Below, piece by piece: positions 25,477 through 33,716 of a stretch of DNA of 33,750 nucleotides. The stretch spans positions 22,298,869 through 22,332,618 of the forward strand of contig NC_068991.1 in the NCBI RefSeq assembly GCF_001194135.2, written 5' to 3'. The translations under genes and the position numbers were made by a program. The notes beneath the pieces were generated by a model. The model had not been told where the DNA came from, searched no databases, and saw only the letters and a program-made list of their open reading frames with translations. Numbering within the stretch: the stretch's first letter is position 1; each line of letters opens with the position of its first letter. This DNA comes from Octopus bimaculoides (Eukaryota).

Positions 25477-26223
25477 TATGCATACACACACACACGTTTA
25501 TATAAAGAATATATTATAATTATAAGGCGTAATCATAAGTAACTGAAAAATATCAATTTAAGTACCATATTGCATCATATCATGCATACCTGCTCATAGA
25601 ATGTTATACCAGCATAGAACGTAATATACACACACGTACATACATATATATACATGCACAGATATACAATATATACACACACACGTACATACATATATAT
25701 ACATGCACATATATACAATATATACACACACACGTACATACATATATGTACATGCACATATATACAATATATACACACACTAGAATGTTACCTGTCACAT
25801 ACCATGTAACTTTGCAAGTATACTTCTGCCACCATCGGTAATATCAGATAACGTGGCATACAATTTTAATTTAACATATCAAATTTCTTGATAAAAAAAT
25901 AATTTTTGATAGAAAAATATTACCTTCAAATAAAATTGAATAAAACAGTATTCAAAAAAATTAAAAATTTACTCTCCATACTGATTTTAAATTATGGAAG
26001 TTCACACACACACTCCTTCTCTGTTAATGACACTTTCTCTCCTCTGTGTGTGTGTAGCATTCCTTTATTCATTGCCTGCCAGCAAGCCTAGCATGTGTAC
26101 TTATCCTGCACTACTTACAGTAGCTTTCTCTGTATCTCTCTTTTACTGTCTCTCCCCTTCTCTCCATACAATGTAAGCACAAGAGGAGAAACCAACTAAC
26201 CAACATTTATATCAGCTATTTAT

Positions 26224-26264
<41 letters not shown>

Positions 26265-29200
26265 GTAGCTGATATAAATGTTGGTCAGTTGATTGTTCCT
26301 CTCAAGCTTACATCGTATGATGATGATCTATATATGTGTATATATGAAATACATTTCTTATAACAATCTATACTGATTTAAGTTTCATCAGTAAGTACTC
26401 AACATATTCTATGATATTCAAACTCTGTTATATCCTCACTTGTCCATGTTCTTTTCTTCAGTTTTGGTGAGAGTGTGTTTTGAGCAACCTTAGTTGTAGA
26501 AACTATAATTGGCTTATAATGCTGTAGTAATATTCTGCCATTAAATCATGTGTAATTGTTATATGGTGGCTAAACATGCAGCTGCTGTGGCAGTATAGTT
26601 TACAGTAAACAACAATAATGAACTATTGTTCACATATATGGTTTTAATACTTTTTATTCATGATCGCACAAGTACTGTCACACAAAAAGCAAGCTCCTGG
26701 CAAAGCAAGGTCATGACCTGATTTTGATTCTCTGTTGACCTGAATTTACTTATACCCACTATACATGGGTGGGTTGAAAAATTCATAGGCTGACAATGAA
26801 GGAGTGATGTTGGAGCTGTGAAATTTTGCATGCATTAATTTGCATTTTTCTTAATAACTGCATTGTTTCTTTCCAGGTAAACAGACACCTGGCTGCTCAA
26901 AAAAGATTTCAAAAGAAACTAGTAGCAACTACTCTTAAAAAGAAACAAAATTTGGCATCATGGTGTTATCAAAAGTAGGCAACTAAATTTAGGGGAGGAA
27001 GGGAGAGTGTTGAAGATGACCCAAAGTCTAATGTCATGCAACTACCATCACTGAGGAAAAACATTGATCTATATCTAATGTTGATTGACGCAAGTCCAAC
27101 TGTTTCCTTGAACATTTTCTTACCCAGGATGAGCCTTAAGTTCATTACTTTGAGCCAAAGACAAAGAGACAATCCATGCACTGGAAACACCTCTCTTCAC
27201 CTGCCCCAAAGAAATTCAGGATCATTCCATGTGCAGGGAAGGAAATGGCCTCAGTTTTTTTGAGATGCAAAAGGCATTGTATTCATTAACTATCTTCAAA
27301 AGGGCCACACCACCAATGGAGAGTACTATGCCAACTTACTGAGGCAGTTACAAAAGGCTATCAAAACCAAACGCCCAAGAAAATGGAGGAAAAGGGTCTT
27401 CTTTCATCAGGAAGAAGTCCTTGCTTTCAATGACTATTCTCCTGATTTGGCCCCATCTGACTATCATCTGTTCCCCAACCTGAAGAAACTTGCCTGGAAA
27501 CCAGTATTGTACTGGTGATGTCATATCTGCTGTTGATGACTTTTAGACCAACAGAATGGAAACTTCTTCACCAATGGGATCCAAGGACTGCAACACTGAT
27601 GAAAGAAGTGTGTGAACCACAAGAAGAGCGATGTTGGAAAATAAACATTTGGTCACATTCTATGAGAGTATCTTGGTCAGCCTATGAACTTTTCAGCCAA
27701 CCTTTGTATAATGTCTCAGAGAAAAGGAACTACAAACAATATCACTATATGCTTTCCCTAAAATATACAAGGCTAACAGCATTCATTGCCAATCTTACAG
27801 CAAAACTGTTGTGGATGGATTCTGACCACCCACCACAAATGACTGAAGGTGGACTGTCTCATTGTTATAAAGTAAAGAACTGTGACTGATTGGCAGTTCG
27901 GGTTAGTAAGCAGTTCACTATGAGCCTTTGATATAGAGTGTTGAGTCTCGTGTAATATTAATAGTAGAGCATCAAGTAAATACTTTCTTTCCCCCCTGCT
28001 TCATTACATTATATATCCAACATACAAGGATATAAAAGTGGTGACGAGGATGAGATCCCCACTGAAGTATTGTGCAACACTTTTGAGGTACCAACACCCA
28101 AGTAATTTGAAACTACTTTTTCTAGCACCAGAAAACGGAAAAGGAAGGAAACACTGGAATTGAACCCTAAATGTAAGAGATATTAAAACTCTAAGAGGAG
28201 TTCAATTCTCAAAATGGGAGAAGATGGGGGAGACTGATTCTAAAGTGGGGAGACTGATTCTAAAGTGGGGAGACAGAAGGTGAACTGTCTTATTGTTATA
28301 AAGAACTGTGAGTGGTTAACAGTTCGGGTTGGTAAGCAATCCACTGTAAGCCTTTGATATAGAGCATTGAATCTTGTGTAATAATAGAAAACTAGGGCCA
28401 TAATAGAAAACATTTGCCCAAAGTGCCATGCAGTAAGACTGAATCTAAGACCACACGGTTGGGAATTGAAAAGAAAATTTAAATTGTTCAAAAGCCAATA
28501 CAATATAAGCTGAAATAAAGAGAGTAAAAGCAGAAGTATGACTTCTCTACTTCTGTATTCAAACTTTAACCCAATACTAATGAAAAAATTGTTTCCCAAA
28601 TACATGGGAAGAAAGTGGTGAGAAAGAGAAAGGCAGAAAATCTTAGTGAAGTTGGAGGTAAAAACAGTAAGAAAGGAAGAGGGGGATTATTAATCAATGT
28701 AAGGTAGGGAGGAGATTTTTCTGGTCAGTTGGAGGTGACTGACTTATAAACAACTTTTGAATTAAAAATATGCACATTCGTGTCTATACAAACACTTAAT
28801 TGAAATTAACCTGTTAGCTCCAATATTTTCACATCCAAATGCATCCACAAAGCTGCTAACCTCCATGCTCTCTCTCCCACTTTTTTCCAAACTTATTAAG
28901 TTTGGAAGAAGGGTCATTGTGCCTTCCTCCAGACCTTCATACAATGGTCATGAGTTTGATGTCATTCATGTTTTGTTTAAACTGTTGCAGTTTAAACACT
29001 TTCAGGAAAGGTGAAAGGAACGAGCAGAAGATTCCAGAGAGTTGGTGTTTCGAGGTGGAAGGACTGAACATACTGGTTAGTGTAGGACCTGCAGGATCTT
29101 GGACACAAAGGTTAATGAGAACTGATGAGACAAGTGTGTTGTGAACGCCTGAGTATAAGAGATACCAGACCAGCCAATACTAAGGAGCAGGTCATTAAAG

Positions 29201-32200
29201 TAACAATAGAAAAGACAGGGAAAAAGAGATGGCCAAAGACTGGAATGTCTGTGAGTGAGTTACAGTAATCCCTCACCACACAACAATACTGTTTCTACTT
29301 TGTGGATTTTCACCTATCGCAGGAGGTTTTGGAACATAACACCCATGATAGTCGAGGGATTCCTGTAATGCCAATCAGTCAAGTGGTCTTTCTTTGAAGG
29401 CAGACTAGGATGCCTGAGTGCTTAGCAATATCCCAGATGTGGGAGCAATATTCCTTTTTGAGCCTCACTCAAGCTTTGTAGAGAGTAGACAATTTTGGAG
29501 GGCTGAAATATTTTATGGCCTGGAAGAGAAGGGCCAGTCTTAGGTATGTTAAGAATATGTTATTTGGTGCAACTGTGAAGGCTCTAGTAGAGTACCACTT
29601 CTGTTTGGGGCAGGCCAATGCAACAGTATTTTCTTGATATAAGTAGTGCTTGAACATTTTTTGACACTAAAAGCAACAAGATTGGCATGGTCGTACTAGG
29701 ACATTCGCAAAATCACTGTTCATGGAATCAGTGCAGGTTTGGCATGTGGTGTCTAAGTTGTGTGTTGATGATGTATAGTTGGAGATGGTTAGGAAGAAAT
29801 GAAGAATTGTAACACCCGTATAAGAGAGTTGTTGGATGTGACAGCAAGTAGGTCATTGATGTATAGGTCAAAGAGAGTGGAGGGCAAAACCTAACCCATG
29901 GGTATTACCAGAGTTGACTGAATGTGGGACAGAAAGAGCTCTATCAACATATTCTGCAGCTGTGTGATCTGGTTGGAAGCTACATATCTAAAAGATGAGT
30001 GGAGCCTATAGTCAGAAAGCTTTGATAGGAAATCCACAACATGGATGAAGGCTTTGCAGGTGTCTAAGCTAAAAACACTGCTGTTGCCAAACTTCTCCAA
30101 CACAAGATCCCACTGGTGACATAAGAAAATAGTTCTTCAGTGGGTCTGACTCAAAACGGGAATGTGGTAAATAACAATATGCATATACATGCACTGTATA
30201 TGCACAAGCATGCTTATTTTCCAACTTGCACCTCTATAACTGAGCAGCTCTCTGTCCATCTGCCTATCTGTTTTTCTATCAGCATGTCTACTACCTCCAT
30301 TCAAAACCACCTGGGGCTCAATCCATTTCTAAAAGTAGTAAGATTAGTGAGCTACTAATGGTGATAATTCCTGTCCTATTGTACACAAGGAGAAAACTTG
30401 AATTCAAGAAATTTCAAGCTATATTACAGATCCAGATCCCAAGATAGCTTATTTCTGTCTTACATCACTTGCCACCTGATTTTCTAGTTTTCATAAATGT
30501 AAAATTTTGCCCCATGTTAATTATTTGAAGGCAGTCAGGTGAAAGTATTTACTGTGCCCATTCTAGTTGTGGTTTTCTTTTTGTCTTTTCACAGGTAACT
30601 TCAGAAAGAGAAGGAAATTCATTTTTCCTGATTATTTTGTTTTGATGCAGAATTTGCACAAACATGAAGGTTAAAGGATCATTATTGAAGAAGCACTGAA
30701 ATTCTGGAAGTATAATTAGTTTGATCTAAAATATACATCTTATATAAGGTAGACCATATGCATTTACTAGTATAATTCACAGTAACTGATTAACGATTTT
30801 CTTTTTTAAGAAATCATTTGGATATCAGATACTGATATGGTACATTGGATTGTAACTTCAATATCAGTAATTCAAAAGTGGTACCCATGTAATAGTAGCC
30901 TAATGTCTCTGAGAAAAAAAATGGATGTCAGATAATCAGCTTTCACATTTGTTATAAATTTCAAGACACGGAGTTCGACAGATTGATGAGGTACTGGATC
31001 ATCAATGAAATGGTCAATAGTTTTCATTTTGTCGCCAGTGATTGGAAAAAGAAAAGATAGTTCTCACATAGCCCACTCTTCCAATTTTAAATATATAATA
31101 CTGGTGGATGACATAGTTCACTATAATAAAAAAAGTAACTGTTTAATTTACATGTTTCACTAACTTACATAGATGATCTCAAAACATCGTATGAATGTTT
31201 CTTGTAAAATAAGGGCACTGATAATTTAACTACTTCTAGATACATGGCAGGAAGATAAAGTACTCAAGTGATGCTTTCTGATTGAGTGGACTTATAAATC
31301 TAAGGCATTGTGCTTACATAAACAAGAAAAATATTGAAAATAACTGAAGGGCAAAGAAGGTTAATGTTATTAACCTTTTATTGCTTTTACATAAAATTTA
31401 TTACTCGTAAAATAAGTTCGTATGTTGTGAGAAGTGAGTGCCAACGTTTTGAGCAAGATTGCCTGTGGTATTTAAACACGAAAAATCCTAGACATGTTTT
31501 AAAAAGAAAAAGGAAAAGGTTTGGAAAAACAAATTCAAGTGAACAAAAAAACTTCCCAGTTATACAGAACCCTGCAATATATAATTTACCGCAAAAAAAA
31601 AAAAAAATGGTATGGGGATGATTTTAAGCAACCAATAAAAAAGGGCAACTAAATTCAATAACTACCTGACTTTTTCTCTTTTATAAATACAGTAAAGTCA
31701 GTTTATGCAAAAGAACTGTCGTTTAATGTAGGGTAAAGCGGTAAAAATAATATTTTATGTAATTGTCAACACGAATTGTTCTCGTGAAATGTATATATTG
31801 TGTGAACAGTACCTTGAGCATTTAATTAAATGAAATAAGTTATCTAAACAAAACGCTGTGAGTAAACATTTTCTGTAACATTGTAAATGGTTTCATTCCA
31901 CATCTAGTTCAAAAACACTACGCCTACATGTAAATACATCATGAAAAATAGGCAGGTTGTTGAGCAAGATTTCACACATAATTCAGAGACTAAGCGAAAA
32001 ATGATCGAAGGCCGTAACAAGATACAGTGGGTTACATTCAACTCCATTATATAATTTGTTATGTAAGATGCAGACACATGTACAAACTTGCACACACACA
32101 CAAGGTAACATCTACGCAGGTATACATGTAACAACTACATGTAAGGGCAAGATAGAAACCACTACATAGTCGCTTCATCGCTAAAAATAGCAGCCAAATA

Positions 32201-32709
32201 TCCCGCAAATCTACCGTCTTAAAAATTAAGACGAGACGGACCTATTGAGTAAAAGTAGTTTTGAAAATAAAGAAAAGAAAGGAATGTTATGGCTAAATAA
32301 TTTTTATCATAGGTCTGGAATACAAAATCTAACCTAGGGCTAAACAAAATAAGGTATACATAAGTACACGTAAAAATACACGTATACACACAAAAAGGGC
32401 AAACTACACGTATACATACAAAAAGGGCAAAATACACGTATACATACTAAAAAAATATATAATAACTACGCATGCACACGCACATGTAACAATTAACAAA
32501 TGTGCATAAAGAACTGTGTATATATGCACCATATAACAGCATGTGCATGTATACACAGAAAGATTATTTCTCAATGCATGAACAAATAATAACAAAAACT
32601 TGCTCCTGCTGCATATATGTACTATGGTGAAAAGAGCAAGTGAAGATACATCATCAATAGCCACAAAACTTACTCGATGCCGCAGAGTGAGACGTAGAAG
32701 CGAGGCCAT
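844..32709 (-). CDS. ALDH6A1: Methylmalonate-semialdehyde dehydrogenase [acylating], mitochondrial; spliced gene, 14 coding exons in window, last exon outside
   Basis: Exons join in frame (36+57+75+162+79+155+148+65+57+60+130+182+180+99 = 1485 nt). ALDH motifs PFNFP, KPSE, SFVGS, catalytic GQRCMAL, EEIFGPV. SNMGAKNH replaces the general-base LELGGK motif, which is diagnostic of CoA-acylating MMSDH. No stop codon seen in window. Confidence 0.97.
978..1355 (+). mobile_element. SINE-like repeat with two tandem GGCATCC core modules
   Basis: gaagggcatccagctgtaaaa near 1118 and gaaaggcatccagatgtaaaa near 1218; the 3' end resembles the other copies. Confidence 0.7.
1664..1843 (-). CDS. ALDH6A1: ALDH6A1 exon 13, [14 protein letters not shown]...EIDVGQ
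   Basis: 180 nt; EEIFGPV motif; AAG acceptor (ttgctaaaag), GTGAGG donor. Confidence 0.96.
1956..3254 (+). mobile_element. Degenerate maT-like Tc1/mariner transposon, interrupted by an RTE-tail repeat
   Basis: Transposase remnants [47 protein letters not shown]. Ends TA|tagggt and accc-ta|TA; the left TIR has a ~9-nt deletion relative to the right. Confidence 0.8.
2734..3186 (+). mobile_element. RTE 3'-tail-derived repeat (three ~60-nt units, GGAAGGGCATCC core, (GAT)n tail)
   Basis: Co-linear with 6600-7050. Units start at 2851, 2911, 2975. Ends in gatgatgatgat. Confidence 0.85.
3295..3433. other. Assembly gap (N) inside a (TA)n tract
   Basis: N run. Confidence 0.99.
3689..3870 (-). CDS. 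ALDH6A1: ALDH6A1 exon 12, (G)[13 protein letters not shown]...[13 protein letters not shown]
   Basis: 182 nt, phase 1 to 0; tttag acceptor, GTGTGA donor. Not in the ORF track. Confidence 0.96.
4037..7050 (+). mobile_element. 5'-truncated, degenerate RTE-clade LINE (APE endonuclease end, RT, 3' UTR)
   Basis: VGDFNGHVG...SQVDYIL (endonuclease); [37 protein letters not shown] (RT); LHGSEIW C-terminal motif. Many stops and frameshifts. The ORF ends near 6600 and runs into a ~450-bp 3' region. Confidence 0.92.
7304..7433 (-). CDS. ALDH6A1: ALDH6A1 exon 11, [16 protein letters not shown]...KLKVNA (catalytic Cys codon 7395-7397)
   Basis: 130 nt, ends phase 1; tgtag acceptor, GTAAAT donor. Confidence 0.97.
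7740..7930 (+). mobile_element. Older copy of the same SINE family
   Basis: ctttatgttgagagttcaa...aaagtacc...attgctgaccttgt...attattatt. Confidence 0.55.
7931..8151 (+). mobile_element. tRNA-derived SINE with (ATT)n tail
   Basis: A-box-like tggcagaatcc, B-box-like gagttcaaat, body ctttcatcctttc..aagtaccagttgagcactgggg; shared with the 33120 and 33447 copies. Confidence 0.8.
8154..8213 (-). CDS. ALDH6A1: ALDH6A1 exon 10, [20 protein letters not shown]
   Basis: 60 nt; ttcag acceptor, GTAATA donor. Confidence 0.95.
9433..9685 (+). mobile_element. Truncated copy of the RTE-tail/GGCATCC repeat
   Basis: One hairpin unit, core and degenerate (GAT)n tail; co-linear with 2940-3186. Confidence 0.8.
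9931..9987 (-). CDS. ALDH6A1: ALDH6A1 exon 9, [19 protein letters not shown]
   Basis: 57 nt; aacag acceptor, GTGAGT donor. Confidence 0.95.
10356..10420 (-). CDS. ALDH6A1: ALDH6A1 exon 8, (S)[21 protein letters not shown]
   Basis: 65 nt, phase 1 to 0; ttcag acceptor, GTAAGT donor. Confidence 0.96.
10915..12265 (+). mobile_element. Tc1-family transposon fossil; transposase pseudogene 11105-12142
   Basis: One 346-codon frame (ATA for ATG, four internal stops): [35 protein letters not shown] (second Asp lost), [17 protein letters not shown]. Outer boundaries are approximate; TIRs not confidently seen. Confidence 0.9.
12370..13070 (-). mobile_element. Degenerate Penelope-like element reverse transcriptase fragment
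   Basis: Frameshifted pieces read [94 protein letters not shown]. This is the PLE RT motif series with the GLYRDD signature. Confidence 0.85.
13085..13310 (+). mobile_element. 3' part of another SINE-like repeat family
   Basis: cataagtactaggcttacaaaaataagtcc...gctccagcatggctgcagtcaaatgactgaaacaagtaaaaga; recognised from recall only. Confidence 0.55.
13640..13815 (+). mobile_element. Short copy of the GGCATCC repeat
   Basis: ttggcattaggaaaggcatccagctgtagaaac ... gcatggaaaatggacattaaatgtagatgatgatg. Confidence 0.7.
14042..14189 (-). CDS. ALDH6A1: ALDH6A1 exon 7, [22 protein letters not shown]...VIHGQHD
   Basis: 148 nt, phase 0 to 1; KPSE motif; gttag acceptor, GTAAGT donor. Confidence 0.96.
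14470..14697 (-). mobile_element. 228-bp non-autonomous mariner deletion derivative
   Basis: TA|ttagattgtccagaaagtccgtgccgattt and aaatcggcacaaactttccagacaacccaa|TA TIRs. Minus strand reads [24 protein letters not shown]. Confidence 0.85.
14722..14900. mobile_element. Second copy of the CCCTTTAGCA MITE
   Basis: ccctttagcattcaaa ... tttaaatgctaaagga; interior similar to 177-406. Confidence 0.75.
15090..15244 (-). CDS. ALDH6A1: ALDH6A1 exon 6, (Q)VVETCC...[14 protein letters not shown]
   Basis: 155 nt, phase 1 to 0; tttag acceptor, GTAAGT donor; PFNFP motif. Confidence 0.96.
15379..16261 (+). mobile_element. Mariner transposon with internal deletion
   Basis: ~30-bp TIRs (tgaggggaggtcaaaaagtaatgccatttt / aaaatggcattactttttgactcaccctca), TA duplication. 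Remnants [34 protein letters not shown]; most of the catalytic domain is deleted. Confidence 0.92.
16440..16545 (-). mobile_element. SINE 5' head fragment; a similar fragment lies at about 28395-28470
   Basis: ccaaggcatcacacagtgaaaatgaacctgagaccatgtggt resembles ccaaagtgccatgcagtaagactgaatctaagaccacacggt; minus strand reads as a tRNA-like head. Confidence 0.55.
17066..17413. mobile_element. Third, oppositely oriented copy of the same MITE, with an internal insertion
   Basis: cttttagcatttagactggcc ... ctgaatgctaaaagctta; interior is the reverse complement of the other two copies. Confidence 0.65.
17763..17841 (-). CDS. ALDH6A1: ALDH6A1 exon 5, [26 protein letters not shown]
   Basis: 79 nt, ends phase 1; ttcag acceptor, GTAAGT donor. 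Not in the ORF track. Confidence 0.96.
18564..18725 (-). CDS. ALDH6A1: ALDH6A1 exon 4, [10 protein letters not shown]...QQLIKDNM
   Basis: 162 nt, cacag acceptor, GTATGT donor. Confidence 0.96.
20001..20075 (-). CDS. ALDH6A1: ALDH6A1 exon 3, [25 protein letters not shown]
   Basis: 75 nt, tgcag acceptor, GTAAGT donor; matches MMSDH N-terminus. Confidence 0.96.
21090..21480 (+). mobile_element. Mariner transposase C-terminal fragment
   Basis: [11 protein letters not shown]...[18 protein letters not shown] (35 residues between the two Asp); ends not resolved. Confidence 0.8.
21753..21863. other. Assembly gap (N)
   Basis: N run. Confidence 0.99.
21946..22002 (-). CDS. ALDH6A1: ALDH6A1 exon 2, [19 protein letters not shown]
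   Basis: Acceptor ttttgctttcag, donor GCT|GTAAGT, 57 nt, phase 0/0, presequence-like composition. Confidence 0.82.
22560..22905. repeat. Degenerate ~115-120-bp tandem repeat of a dispersed family (related pieces at ~16880-17062 and ~18295-18510)
   Basis: tatgccttaa at 22590, 22711, 22825; agcagccaaat at 22630, 22752; shared gaatgccttt...ggctgac end motif. Confidence 0.6.
23312..23356 (-). ncRNA. Minimal type I hammerhead ribozyme motif (copy 2, sense to ALDH6A1 pre-mRNA)
   Basis: Reverse complement reads TCTGTG-CTGATGA-AGGGAAATAACCCA-GAAA-TCGCGAT-A-CATAGA, with a perfect AUCGCGAU palindrome in stem III; predicted cut between 23318 and 23317. Confidence 0.78.
23580..23624 (+). ncRNA. Minimal type I hammerhead ribozyme motif (copy 1)
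   Basis: TCTGTG-CTGATGA-AGGGAAATAACCCA-GAAA-TCACGAT-A-CACAGA: 6-bp stem I, CUGAUGA and GAAA cores, short stem II, near-palindromic stem III, AUA triplet; predicted cut after 23618. Confidence 0.75.
24180..24486 (+). mobile_element. Tc1 3' fragment with right TIR
   Basis: [12 protein letters not shown]...[13 protein letters not shown] followed by ggtgtttccattattttgtccaacccctg. Confidence 0.85.
24491..24670. repeat. 22-24-bp CA/TA-derived minisatellite running into an assembly gap
   Basis: cacatacatacaaacatatatgca repeated. Confidence 0.9.
24671..25340. other. Assembly gap (N)
   Basis: N run. Confidence 0.99.
25624..25780. repeat. 49-bp minisatellite, ~3 copies
   Basis: cgtaca at 25635, 25684, 25733. 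Confidence 0.9.
26764..27706 (+). mobile_element. Degenerate mariner transposon
   Basis: 31-bp TIRs (26/31), TA duplication. Remnants [24 protein letters not shown] and [18 protein letters not shown]. Confidence 0.9.
28227..28274. repeat. 20-bp tandem duplication, 2.4 copies
   Basis: ggggagactgattctaaagt x2 plus ggggagac. Confidence 0.9.
28860..30120 (-). mobile_element. Degenerate CR1/L2-type LINE, 3' part of RT ORF plus 3' UTR
   Basis: [62 protein letters not shown] resemble the C-terminal half of a CR1/L2 ORF2. Clade assignment is from motif recall. Confidence 0.75.
29263..29365. mobile_element. Tigger/pogo-like MITE nested in the CR1/L2 LINE
   Basis: TA + CAGTAATCCCTC ... GAGGGATTCCTG + TA (TIR 11/12, TA duplication). 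Removing it rejoins the LINE sequence. Confidence 0.8.
32365..32445. repeat. 28-bp tandem repeat containing four TACACGTA motifs
   Basis: tacacgta at 32365, 32377, 32405, 32433. Confidence 0.85.
32674..32709 (-). CDS. ALDH6A1: ALDH6A1 exon 1 coding part, [12 protein letters not shown] (mitochondrial presequence-like)
   Basis: ATG in aacATGG context, Arg/Leu/Ser-rich with no acidic residues, donor CGA|GTAAGT, phase 0 fits exon 2. Assigned by composition and splice signals, not by strong homology. Confidence 0.8.
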
Positions 32710-33110
32710 GTTCAAGGAGTTAAACATTGCTCTCAAGACACAGCTGTATATAATTGACACTATTCTGTATCAGTTCGGCAATTTCAACCTCGAATCAGGG
32801 TATGACCTCTTCACCCCTCATATAGCTAATGGTTTATTCGCCTCCTTTACGTATTTATTGTGTTGCTATTTGGAAAATAAAATTGTTTTCGTTTTTTTTT
32901 TTCCTAAAGTTATTTTCCTTTATTTTTATTAATACTATTTGATTTTTTTCAACTTCTCTCTCTTTCTAACTCTCCCTCTTTCCCTCCAGCTCTCTCGCTT
33001 CTCCCTCTCTCTTTCTTTTCTTCCTACTCTCTCTCCACACCACTCGGCAACGAGACATATGTACCCCACCACCCGAAAGATACATCTGAACTAGTTTTAG
33101 AGATGTATTT
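32710..33110 (-). promoter_or_regulatory. Probable 5' UTR and promoter region of ALDH6A1
   Basis: Immediately upstream of the ATG, CpG-retaining, with a long CT/GA tract at ~32950-33040. The TSS cannot be located from sequence alone. Confidence 0.5.
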
Positions 33111-33119
33111 TTCACCAAA

Positions 33120-33328
33120 TGTTTAACACTCCGGGGGAAATGCTTAGTGGCATTTCGTCAGTCTTCACAATCTGCGTTCAAATTCTGCCGAGGTTGACTT
33201 TGCCTTTCATCCTTTCGGAGTCGATAAAATAAGTACCAGTTGAACACTGAGTTCAATGTAACCGATTTATCCCCTCCCACGAAACTTCTGGCTTTGTGCT
33301 AAAATTTGAAATCATTATTATTATTATG
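33120..33328 (+). mobile_element. tRNA-derived SINE, CpG-retaining copy upstream of the gene
   Basis: gcgttcaaattctgccgaggttgactttgcctttcatcctttcggagtcgataaaataagtaccagtt ... (ATT)n. Confidence 0.85.
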
Positions 33329-33446
33329 GTTGGGCTTCTTGGTGGTCTTGTGGATAGAGACATATGTAGACAACAACAATGAACATCCTCGGCACGGTTC
33401 AATCTTACCCAGGGGTTGCATTAAGGGGTCTTACTAAAATTTTAAA

Positions 33447-33627
33447 GGCAGCAAGCTGGCAGAATCGGTAGCATGCCAGTCAAAATGCCTGATAGTATTT
33501 CACCTGCCTTGACATTCTGAATTCAAATTACGCTGATGTCAACTTTGCTTTTCATTCTTTCGGAATCAATAAAATAAGTATCAGTTAACCACTAGGGCTG
33601 ATGTAATTAACTAGCCCCACTCCCCAA

Positions 33628-33660
<33 letters not shown>
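33447..33660 (+). mobile_element. tRNA-derived SINE copy with long (ATT)n tail
   Basis: ggcagcaagctggcagaatcggtagc head, gaattcaaatt B-box-like motif, same body. Confidence 0.8.
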
Positions 33661-33713
<53 letters not shown>

Positions 33714-33716
33714 CGA

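Noticed and set aside
24442-25798. Long ORFs (up to 331 aa) in the ORF track
   Set aside because: Artefacts of N runs and CA/TA minisatellites.
30570-30655. Strong plus-strand polypyrimidine plus CAG|GTAACT (recursive-splice-like) and a second acceptor
   Set aside because: Wrong strand for ALDH6A1 and no plus-strand gene evidence; such motifs are common in AT-rich DNA.
30900-31200. Short open frames on both strands and a possible 32-nt minus-strand micro-exon (31169-31200, tttacaag...GTAAGT)
   Set aside because: No recognisable homology. The micro-exon is not a multiple of 3 and would break the exon 1-2 frame. A poison exon cannot be excluded without RNA-seq.
31334-31621. 95-aa plus-strand ORF
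   Set aside because: Low complexity, TTG start, no recognisable motif.
32404-32760. 118-aa ORF reading through the exon 1 donor; intron 1 begins with codons VSF, the same as exon 2
   Set aside because: GTAAGT always encodes VS, so the match needs only one further coincidence. The rest of the ORF is microsatellite-derived with no homology.
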